From Dendrobates tinctorius (Eukaryota), in assembly GCF_039654945.1 (NCBI RefSeq), contig NW_027361752.1, positions 31,819,796-31,870,000 on the forward strand: a stretch of 50,205 bases of DNA. The letters run 5' to 3'. The notes under the pieces are model-generated. The model saw only the letters and a list, made by a program, of their open reading frames with translations, searched no databases and was not told the DNA's origin. Shown in pieces: positions 1 through 9,497 of this stretch. Numbering within the stretch: the first letter of the stretch is position 1; the number at the start of each line of letters is the position of its first letter. The translations under genes were made by a program, and so were the position numbers.

Positions 1-170
1 GTGTATAGTGTATAGATGTAGTGTGTGTGTGTATAGTGTATAGATGTAGTGTGTGTGTGTGTGTGTATAGATGTAGTGTGTGTGTGTGTGTATAGTGTAT
101 AGATGTAGTGTGTATGTAGTGTATAGATGTAGTGTGTGTGTGTATGTAGTGTATAGATGTAGTGTGTGTG

Positions 171-327
171 CCCTCATTCCTCTTGGTATTTGTTATAATC
201 TACTGTATGTGATTATTGTTATGCTGTAATGTCTATTGTCTGTACAAATCCCCTCTGAAATGTAAAGTGCTGCGGAATATGTCGGCGCTATAGAAATAAA
301 ATGTACTATTATTATTATTATTATTAT
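171..327 (+). mobile_element. 3' tail fragment of a non-LTR retroelement (L2/CR1-group LINE or partner SINE), copy 1
   Basis: Ends TGTAAAGTGCTGCGGAATATGTCGGCGCTATAGAAATAAA then (TTA)n; near-identical copy at 1533-1680, related copies at about 31150-31313 and 29884-29945. Confidence 0.65.
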
Positions 328-745
328 GTATAGATGTAGTGTGTGTAGTGTATAGATGTAGTGTATAGATGTAGTGTGTGTGTAGTGTATAGATGTAGTG
401 TGTGTGTAGTGTATAGATGTAGTGTGTGTGTAGTGTATAGATGTAGTGTGTGTGTAGTGTATAGATGTAGTGTGTGTGTAGTGTATAGATGTAGTGTGTG
501 TGTGTAGTGTATAGATGTAGTGTGTGTGTGTAGTGTATAGATGTAGTGTGTGTGTGTAGTGTATAGATGTAGTGTGTGTGTGTAGTGTATAGATGTAGTG
601 TGTGTGTAGTGTATAGATGTAGTGTGTGTGTGTAGTGTATAGATGTAGTGTATAGATGTAGTGTGTGTAGTGTATAGATGTAGTGTGTGTAGTGTATAGA
701 TGTAGTGTGTGTGTATAGTGTATAGATGTAGTGTGTGTGTATAGT

Positions 746-1098
746 NNNNNNNNNNNNNNNNNNNNNNNNNNNNNNNNNNNNNNNNNNNNNNNNNNNNNNN
801 NNNNNNNNNNNNNNNNNNNNNNNNNNNNNNNNNNNNNNNNNNNNNNNNNNNNNNNNNNNNNNNNNNNNNNNNNNNNNNNNNNNNNNNNNNNNNNNNNNNN
901 NNNNNNNNNNNNNNNNNNNNNNNNNNNNNNNNNNNNNNNNNNNNNNNNNNNNNNNNNNNNNNNNNNNNNNNNNNNNNNNNNNNNNNNNNNNNNNNNNNNN
1001 NNNNNNNNNNNNNNNNNNNNNNNNNNNNNNNNNNNNNNNNNNNNNNNNNNNNNNNNNNNNNNNNNNNNNNNNNNNNNNNNNNNNNNNNNNNNNNNNNN
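746..1098. other. Assembly gap (353 N)
   Basis: Run of N inside the satellite. Confidence 1.
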
Positions 1099-1532
1099 TA
1101 GGTGTAGTGTGTGTGTGTATAGGTGTAGTGTGTGTGTGTATAGGTGTAGTGTGTGTGTGTATAGGTGTAGTGTGTGTGTGTATAGGTGTAGTGTGTGTGT
1201 GTATAGGTGTAGTGTGTGTGTGTATAGGTGTAGTGTGTGTGTGTGTATAGGTGTAGTGTGTGTGTGTGTATAGGTGTAGTGTGTGTGTGTGTATAGATGT
1301 AGTGTGTGTGTGTGTGTATAGATGTAGTGTGTGTATAGATGTAGTGTGTGTGTGTGTGTGTGTAGTGTATAGATGTAGTGTGTGTGGGGGTATAGTATAT
1401 AGATGTAGTGTGTGTGGGTATAGATGTAGTGTGTATAGTGTATAGATGTAGTGTTTGTGTATAGATGTAGTGTGTATAGTGTATAGATGTAGTGTGTGTG
1501 TGTGTGTGTGGTGTATAGATGTAGTGTGTGTG

Positions 1533-1680
1533 CCCTCATTCCTCTTGGTATTTGTTATAATCTACTGTATGTGATTATTGTTATGCTGTAATGTCTATTG
1601 TCTGTACAAATCCCCTCTGAAATGTAAAGTGCTGCGGAATATGTCGGCGCTATAGAAATAAAATGTATTATTATTATTAT
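1533..1680 (+). mobile_element. 3' tail fragment of the same non-LTR retroelement, copy 2
   Basis: Nearly identical to 171-327 with the same 5' truncation point (CCCTCATTCC). Confidence 0.65.
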
Positions 1681-3634
1681 AGTGTATAGATGTAGTGTGT
1701 AGTGTATAGATGTAGTGTGTGTGTAGTGTATAGATGTAGTGTGTGTGTAGTGTATAGATGTAGTGTGTGTGTATAGTGTATATATGTAGTGTGTGTGTAT
1801 AGTGTATAGATGTAGTGTGTGTGTATAGTGTATAGATGTAGTGTATAGATGTAGTGTGTGTGTGTGGTGTATAGATGTAGTGTGTGTATAGTGTATAGAT
1901 GTAGTGTGTGTGTAGTGTATAGATGTAGTGTGTGTGTGTGTAGTGTATAGATGTAGTGTGTGTGTAGTGTATAGATGTAGTGTGTGTAGTGTATAGATGT
2001 AGTGTGTGTAGTGTATAGATGTAGTGTGTATAGTGTATAGATGTAGTGTGTATAGGTGTAGTGTGTGTGTATAGATGTAGTGTGTGTGTATTGTGTAGTG
2101 TAGTGTGTGTGTGTATAGTGTAGTGTGTATAGGTGTAGTTTGTATAGATGTAGTGTGTATAGTGTATAGATGTCGTGTGTGTATAGTGTATAGATGTAGT
2201 GTGTGTGTATATAGTGTATAGATGTAGTGTGTGTGTATATAGTGTATAGATGTAGTGTGTGTGTATATAGTGTATAGATGTAGTGTGTGTGTATATAGTG
2301 TATAGATGTAGTGTGTATAGATGTAGTGTGTATAGATGTAGTGTGTATAGTGTATAGATGTAGTGTGTGTGTATATAGTGTATAGATGTAGTGTGTGTGT
2401 ATATAGTGTATAGATGTAGTGTGTGTGTATAGATGTAGTGTGTGTGTATAGATGTAGTGTGTGTGTATAGATGTAGTGTGTGTGTGTATAGATGTAGTGT
2501 GTGTGTGTATAGATGTAGTGTGTGTGTGTATAGATGTAGTGTGTGTGTGTATAGATGTAGTGTGTGTGTGTATAGATGTAGTGTGTGTGTGTATAGATGT
2601 AGTGTGTGTGTGTATAGTGTATAGATGTAGTGTGTATAGTGTATAGATGTAGTGTGTATAGATGTAGTGTGTGTATAGTGTATAGATGTAGTGTGTGTGT
2701 GCGTGTGTATAGATGTAGTGTGTGTGTGCGTGTGTATAGATGTAGTGTGTGTGTGCGTGTGTATAGATGTAGTGTGTGTGTGCGTGTGTATAGATGTAGT
2801 GTGTGTGTGCGTGTGTATAGATGTAGTGTGTGTGTGCGTGTGTATAGATGTAGTGTGTGTGTGCGTGTGTATAGATGTAGTGTGTGTGTGCGTGTGTATA
2901 GATGTAGTGTGTGTGTGCGTGTGTATAGATGTAGTGTGTGTGTGCGTGTGTATAGATGTAGTGTGTGTGTGCGTGTGTATAGATGTAGTGTGTGTGTGCG
3001 TGTGTATAGATGTAGTGTGTGTGTGCGTGTGTATAGATGTAGTGTGTGTGTGCGTGTGTATAGATGTAGTGTGTGTGTGCGTGTGTATAGATGTAGTGTG
3101 TGTGTGCGTGTGTATAGATGTAGTGTGTGTGTGCGTGTGTATAGATGTAGTGTGTGTGTGCGTGTGTATAGATGTAGTGTGTGTGTGCGTGTGTATAGAT
3201 GTAGTGTGTGTGTGCGTGTGTATAGATGTAGTGTGTGTGTGCGTGTGTATAGATGTAGTGTGTGTGTGCATAGTGTATAGATGTAGTGTGTGTGTGGGTA
3301 TAGTGTATATGACTAATCTATCGTTATATACGGGCACATGCACGTTACTTATTCAGTAGACACACACGCAGTCTAGCTGCACACTTTGCATGTCGTGGAT
3401 ATCTGTATACACATTACGTATTGACATACAGTATATAGCATACATATGATGGTGTGTGATGTGTGTACTGCATGTTGTGTATTCACTCTGTATAGTGTCT
3501 GTGCATTGTGTGGATACTGTATCCGCAGTACATACAGACTAAAATAAACGTAACTCCCCTCAATTTTTATTACCCATTATTCTCCTACATCCAAAGAAAA
3601 ATAAGTCAATAAAAGCATATTCCATGTGCAAAAT

Positions 3635-4227
3635 AGGGAATCTGTCACCCAATTTTTCGCATATAAGCTGCCGCCACAGCCATCAGGGGCTTATCTACAG
3701 TATTCTGTAATGCTGTAGATAAGCCCCCGATGTAACCTGAAAGAGAAGAAAAATGAGTTAGATTATACTCACCCAGGGGCGGTGGTTGTCGCGGTCCGGT
3801 GCCTCCCATCTTCATGCAATGTCGTCCTCTTCCTCACTCCTGGCATCGCACTCCTGCGCAGGCGTACTGATCTGCCCTGTTGAGGGCAGAGTAAAGTACT
3901 GCAGTGCTCAGGTGCTGGACTTCTCTGACCTTTCTCGGCGCCTGCACGCTGCAGTACTTGCCTCTCCCCTAAACAGGGGAGATCAGTACGCCTGCGCAGG
4001 AGCCGCGACATGAAGCGACGAGGATGACATTGCATGAAAATGTGAGGCATCGGACCTGGGACACCATCGCACTGGACCGCGTCCCCCGGTGAGTATAATA
4101 AAACTTTTTTCTTACCTTTCAGGTTATATCGGGGGCTTATCTACAGCATTACAGAATGCTGTAGATAAGCCCTTAAAGGCGGTAGCCACAGATTATTATA
4201 TGTGGAAAATGAGGTGACAGATTCCCT
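3635..4227. mobile_element. Palindromic MITE (TTAA-targeting, Kolobok/T2-like)
   Basis: Termini AGGGAATCTGTCACC...GGTGACAGATTCCCT followed by TTAA; internal arms are also inverted copies. Confidence 0.75.
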
Positions 4228-4885
4228 TTAACAACTCTGTTACATATGAGAAAAACGTGGATTTCCCTGGAATAATTGCAGTTTACATTTTGCAGTTGCT
4301 GTCGGGGAGGTGGTTCCTCTGTCTCTCTCTCTCTCTCTCGTTCTTTTGTTTGTCAGGACATGCCACAATCCAGCACAGTCAGCACTTGATCTATACCTTG
4401 AGATCGCCTTAGACTTCTATACCTAAGGCCTTATTCTCATGTCAGTATATTTGCATCAGTATGTCATCAGTATTTCTATGCCAATATCAGGAGTGTTTCC
4501 AAAACAGCTGGAGTCCATCTTTCAATTATAGTATTTTCCTGTAAGTTTCACTATTTGCTTTGACATACAAACCCTGATGCAAAATACTGACCAAATACTG
4601 ATGTGTGAGCGAGACCTTAGAGTGTTTTCAAATATAGAAGTGTTATTAGTTTATTTTTATCAATGCACAAAATGCAAAGTGATTGAACAAAAGAGAAATC
4701 CCATAAGTATATGGTGTGACTGCTCTTTGCCTTCATCAGTTTTCCTAGTTACACTTGCACACGGTTTTGAAGGATTTCAGCAGGAGGTTTTTCCAAACAT
4801 CTTGGAGAACTGACCCCAGATCTTCTGTAGTTTATATCATTATTTTTCTACACTTTCCTAAATATTTGCACTATTCTGTATCTCA

Positions 4886-5906
4886 TGAGAAACTGGGTCT
4901 GAGCAGAAAAAGTAAATTAATGTGCATGCAAAATGTAATTGCATATGAACACATGACCTTTACACAGAGAAAACCAAAAGCGAAACACACAACAAATATC
5001 CTGGAATAAAAAAGTAAAAAAATATATTGCAAAAATTGCATGAAGGTAGTAATAATAGTAATAATAAGGGTATTTAGTTAACATAATTTTGATCAAAATA
5101 ATGTAGAAGCCATCCCGCCACGTCACGGCAACCCTTGTGGGACAGTCCTAACTCTTGTATTTAAAACCTTTCCACTTGTCAAGTGACGTGAATGTGAACA
5201 AGGACAGAGGGACTGAACCACCAGTAATAGTATAGGCCAGACAGGATGGATTTTCCAACTCAGACACAGGGCGGTCACACCCTTATATGCACAGAATGCA
5301 CAATGAAACAAATGAGAAACTGGGTCTGAGCAGAAAAAGTAAATTAATGTGCATGCAAAATGTAATTGCATATGAACACATGACCTTTACACAGAGAAAA
5401 CCAAAAGCAAAACACAAAACAAATATCCTGGAATAAAACTTTTTTATTCCAGGATATTTGTTTTGTGTTTCGCTTTTGGTTTTCTCTGTGTAAAGGTCAT
5501 GTGTTCATATGCAATTACATTTTGCATGCACATTAATTTACTTTTTCTGCTCAGACCCAGTTTCTCATTTGTTTCATTGTGCATTCTGTGCATATAAGGG
5601 TGTGACCGCCCTGTTTCTGAGTTGGAAAATCCATCCTGTCTGGCCTATACTATTACTGGTGGTTCAGTCCCTCTGTCCTTGTTCACATTCACGTCACTTG
5701 ACAAGTGGAAAGGTTTTAAATACAAGAGTTAGGACTGTCCCACAAGGGTTGCCGTGACGTGGCGGGATGGCTTCTACATTATTTTGATCAAAATTATGTT
5801 AACTAAATACCCTTATTATTACTACTATTACTACCTTCATGCAATTTTTGCAATATTTTTTTACTTTTTTATTCCAAGATATTTGTTTTGTGTTTCGCTT
5901 TTGGTT
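4886..5906. repeat. About 1-kb foldback insertion made of a 427-bp unit, flanked by a 14-bp direct repeat
   Basis: Left arm 4886-5438 (ATGAGAAACTGGG at 4885 and 5312), inverted right arm about 5442-5906; TATTCTGTATCTCA at 4872-4885 and 5907-5920. Confidence 0.9.
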
Positions 5907-5985
5907 TATTCTGTATCTCAGCAAGATTCTGAACAATTAATGAAACCAGTAATTGATTTTATCTATTTATTTTTTTGCTTTCTAG

Positions 5986-6603
5986 GAAGAACCCAAACTT
6001 GATGTCCTCATAAACAACGCTGGGGTCTTCCAGTGCCCCAATACGAAGACTGAAGATGGCTTTGAGATGCAGTTTGGGGTGAACCACCTCGGCCACTTCC
6101 TGCTCACTCACCTGCTGATCGGCCTCCTGAAAAGTTCTGCCCCCAGCAGGATCGTGGTCGTCTCCTCCAAACTTTACAAATACGGTGAGATCAATTTTGA
6201 CGACTTAAACAGTGAAAAGGACTACAGTCGAAGCTTCGCCTACAGCCGCAGCAAACTGGCCAATATCTTATTCACTAGAGAGCTGGCCCGGCGCCTGGAA
6301 GGGACCGGAGTAACGGTCAACGTACTTCACCCCGGGATAGTCCGAACCAACCTGGGAAGACATATCAATATCCCCGTCCTGGTAAAACCTCTCTTCAATG
6401 TTGTATCCTGGGCTTTCTTCAAATCCCCGGCTGAAGGAGCACAGACATCAGTCTTCTTGGCCTCCTCTCCTGAAGTAGAGGGGGTGTCTGGAAAATATTT
6501 TGGGGACTGTAAAGAGGAAGACCTTATACCAAAGGCTATGGACGATTTGGTTGCCAGAAAACTCTGGGACATTAGTGAAGTTATGGTCGGACTCATTAAA
6601 TAA
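5986..6603 (+). CDS. RDH14: Retinol dehydrogenase 14 (SDR family), terminal coding exon; exon 1 not found in the window
   Basis: Acceptor ttttttgctttctag at 5985, then [18 protein letters not shown]...[13 protein letters not shown]...YSRSK (YxxxK)...[16 protein letters not shown], matching vertebrate RDH14. Confidence 0.95.
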   Translation, partial: EEPKLDVLINNAGVFQCPNTKTEDGFEMQFGVNHLGHFLLTHLLIGLLKSSAPSRIVVVSSKLYKYGEINFDDLNSEKDYSRSFAYSRSKLANILFTRELARRLEGTGVTVNVLHPGIVRTNLGRHINIPVLVKPLFNVVSWAFFKSPAEGAQTSVFLASSPEVEGVSGKYFGDCKEEDLIPKAMDDLVARKLWDISEVMVGLIK

Positions 6604-7450
6604 AATTTAGAGCTAATCAGACGTCGACTTCCATGTAATGAACCGAGGAGAAAGACGGAAATAAGAAGACGCCTCCTCCTCAATCACAGTCATTTGTAAA
6701 TGTGAATCCTTGTGTCTCCCTCCGTCGTCCATGTCACGTTTGTTATATCTGTTAGATGAAATGGGCAATTAAAAGGGAAGTCGTTCCCACAATACTCATC
6801 ACTCATCCTATTCTGCTCCTCTCCAAGTTCCCATGCCCCAATAATGACGCCCTGACACACAAAACATGATGTCCCCACCCAATTGCTGGGCACTGTGGCA
6901 ACCTGCTGCAGCCAGTGATTGATGTTACCTCTGCAGCCATAGAACCAGTCTGCATTGAAATGGGAGCTGCAGTAGATTGGCGAGATATTTTGTTTCTTAA
7001 TCTATTTTACCCCATTCTAAGGGGTTTTTTTTTAGTACAGGGGCTAAACATAGAGTGCCTGTTTTCTGGGTATAAAGGAGCAGTTTACTGGGGATTCTCT
7101 CTGTGCCTGGATAGGGAGCGACTTCTAGCCTTTCCACACCACTTTAGATCAGCTCTACGGAAATAGGAACTGGGGCGTGATATGGCTACACCACTCCAAA
7201 CTCATGACAACCGCCAGAATTTCCCACCCCAGAAAAGTTTATCGAGTCTCTGACTACAGTTGTGTTTCTGGCACAGCACACAGGAGTGCACGCCACTTAC
7301 AAGAGGCCCCAAATTCAGTAAGCAGCGTGCTCCTCTGTCGAGATTGGTGTAGTGCGAAGTCTCGCTCAAACATTACATGAAAAAAATACCTAAACTTATT
7401 AGGTATCTACATTTACTACAAACATTTCTATGGATGATTTGAAATAACAT

Positions 7451-7562
7451 TTTCCAGGACGTCCACCTGACAGCACTATGGAGGACGTCCTCCTCCTCCT
7501 TACAGGGACAGGAAAGCACACGAGAGGTTAAAAGGCCATGTCCCACCCCCTTTCTCTCAGTG
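7451..7562 (+). repeat. DIRS left inverted terminal repeat
   Basis: TTTCCAGGACGTCCACCTGACAGCACTATGGAG...CTCAGTG is the reverse complement of 12614-12725 with a few differences. Confidence 0.95.
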
Positions 7563-8077
7563 TTTTTCCTGTCCCTGCACGGAGGGACACGCGAGAGCTT
7601 ACCGGAGGGACCCAGGGGATCGTGCGGCCGGTCCAATCCTTCCCCTGTCAAGAGGTCCCGGGGCCGAAACTTCCCGGTGGGGAGTCCCTCGGCTCCAAAG
7701 GCCAGGAGCAGGACGGCGCTCCTGGAGGGAGCCGTTCCTCCCGGTGGGGGGGGCTCTCGGCTCCAGGACGGGTCGGCTCCCCGCAGGCGGCTGGCCATGC
7801 GGGCACCGATAGAAGTGGGGCGGCGGGCCGAGTACCCGCAGGACGCGCTGACGCTGGGCAGTGGAGGCCGGAGCGTCATAGCAGGAAAGGCTCCCTGCTC
7901 GCGCCGAGTGCGGTCGCGCGCAGATGCCCGGCAGGAAGTGGAGGCGCGGCTTACCAGCGTCACATCCGGTGACGTCAGACGCCGGTTTCAAATCCAGGGC
8001 GCGCGCGCTCCTGGACCAGAGCGTTCTCCAGCGTCACAGGTGGTTCCAGACTGTGTGACTGCATCGGACGCCAGGGG

Positions 8078-9497
8078 ATGGAAGGCAACACTGCATCTGG
8101 TGGAGGGGTAAGTGCGCATAGCGCAGACCACCCTCCCCACCCGTCCCCACAGCCCAGATCTGATGAGGTGCCCCTTATATTATCAGGAAAAGGGAACCCC
8201 GGCTGAGTCCCCCTCGGGGAAGGACCCGGCGAAAGCCACCGCCAAATCAGTCAGATGTCCGGTGTGCAGAGTAAAGCTGCCAGACACCTATAGCAAGACC
8301 CTATGCGGTCCCTGTACCTCCAGGGTCATAGGCGAGGAACAGCCATCTCTGCTTTCCGAAATGAGGTCGCTGATAAGGGAAGAGATTCAGGCCTCTACGT
8401 CCCGGCGTCGATCCCCCAGCCCTGGGCCAGGTCGCAAGCGTCCAAGGTGGGAACCAGTCCCAGTATCAGAGGCGAGCCCTAGCGAGGAATCCGATTTCCG
8501 GAACTCAGATCAGGAGGAAGAAGGCGAGATCCTGGGGGACAGTCAGGAACAGAACAGAAAGTATCTGTTCAGACTGGAGGATACGGACGAGCTGGTACAC
8601 GCGGTCAGAAATACCATGCAGATGGAAGAAGTCCCTAAGCCACAGTCCAGACAGGACTTAATGTTTGGAGGACTGGTGTCCCGCAAACAGGTGGTGTTCC
8701 CTGTGAGCGAGCACATCAAAGCAATGATCCAGGAGGAGTGGAAGGAAGCAGAGCGTCGGTTGACACTCTCCCGAATCTTTAAAAATAGACTGCCCTTCGA
8801 TCCCGAGGAAACTCGGGCGTGGGAAGAAGTCCCTAAGATCGACGTCCCGGTGGCCAAGGTTACGAAGAAATCGGCTATCCCAGCCGAGGACTCATCCGGT
8901 CTTCGAGACCCAATGGATAGAAAGGCGGACGTCTTGTTAAAAAGAACATGGGAGACGTCGGCGGCCCTGATTAGAGCCAACATAGCAGCCACCTCGGTGG
9001 CCAGGTCTATGTTCCTGTGGTTGGGGCAGTTGGAGGAAAACCTAACCAACAAGACCCCGAGGTCAGAGATACTAGCATCTCTTCCTCTTTTGAAATCAGC
9101 CACGGCGTTCCTGTCGGATACGTCGGCGGAATCTGTTAGGTTTGCGGCCAGAAACAGCTCCCTCTCTAATGCGGCCCGGAGAGCAGTCTGGCTTAGATCC
9201 TGGTCGGGGGATAACCCTTCTAAGGCCAAGTTATGTGCCATCCCTTTCTCGGGTCTGAGGGTGTTTGGTCCAGCCCTGGATAATATCCTTGAGCTGGTGT
9301 CTGATAAAAATAAGGGATTCCCGGAAGAAAAACCCAGGTGGTCCCAGTCCTTTCGGAGAGGCTCCTTCTTCAGAGGACAGTCAGAGTTTAGGGGCCGGGC
9401 GAGTTCTAATAGAGGCTCCTACAGAGGCTCCTTCAGCCAAAGTGGGAAGAACAGAGGTCCCCCATTTGCATCGACATCTAGGTCGAGGAGACAATGA
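8078..9497 (+). CDS. DIRS gag-like ORF1 (N-terminal CxxC..CxxC finger, LAP2alpha-like body, RG-rich tail); predicted spliced 8078-8107 + 8187-9497, 446 aa
   Basis: ORF 8112-9497 contains CPVC...CGPC and WEEVPKIDVPV...LRDPMDRK...ARRAVWL. ATG in ggggATGG context joins in phase 0 through GTAAGT (8108) ... TATCAG (8186). The splice is inferred. Confidence 0.85.

Larger units (their letters stand above)
1..3300. repeat. (GT)-rich compound micro/minisatellite built on TATAGATGTAG(TG)n, including a homogeneous 27-bp block at about 2683-3250
   Basis: Direct reading; the long His/Thr/Tyr and Val/Cys ORFs here are repeat translations. Confidence 0.97.

Noticed and set aside
193-3359. Long His/Thr/Tyr-rich and Val/Cys-rich ORFs (up to 582 aa)
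   Set aside because: Translations of the (GT)n satellite, partly through Ns.
4917-6002. Mirror-image ORF pairs (MQLHFACT..., MTWRDG...)
   Set aside because: They arise from the inverted duplication and show no coding signal.
7373-8111. Several 130-196 aa ORFs in the DIRS leader
   Set aside because: GC-rich, stop-poor sequence with no domain signal.
8543-9241. 232-aa antisense ORF in gag
   Set aside because: No recognisable motifs and no full-length equivalent in element 2; probably a shadow ORF.
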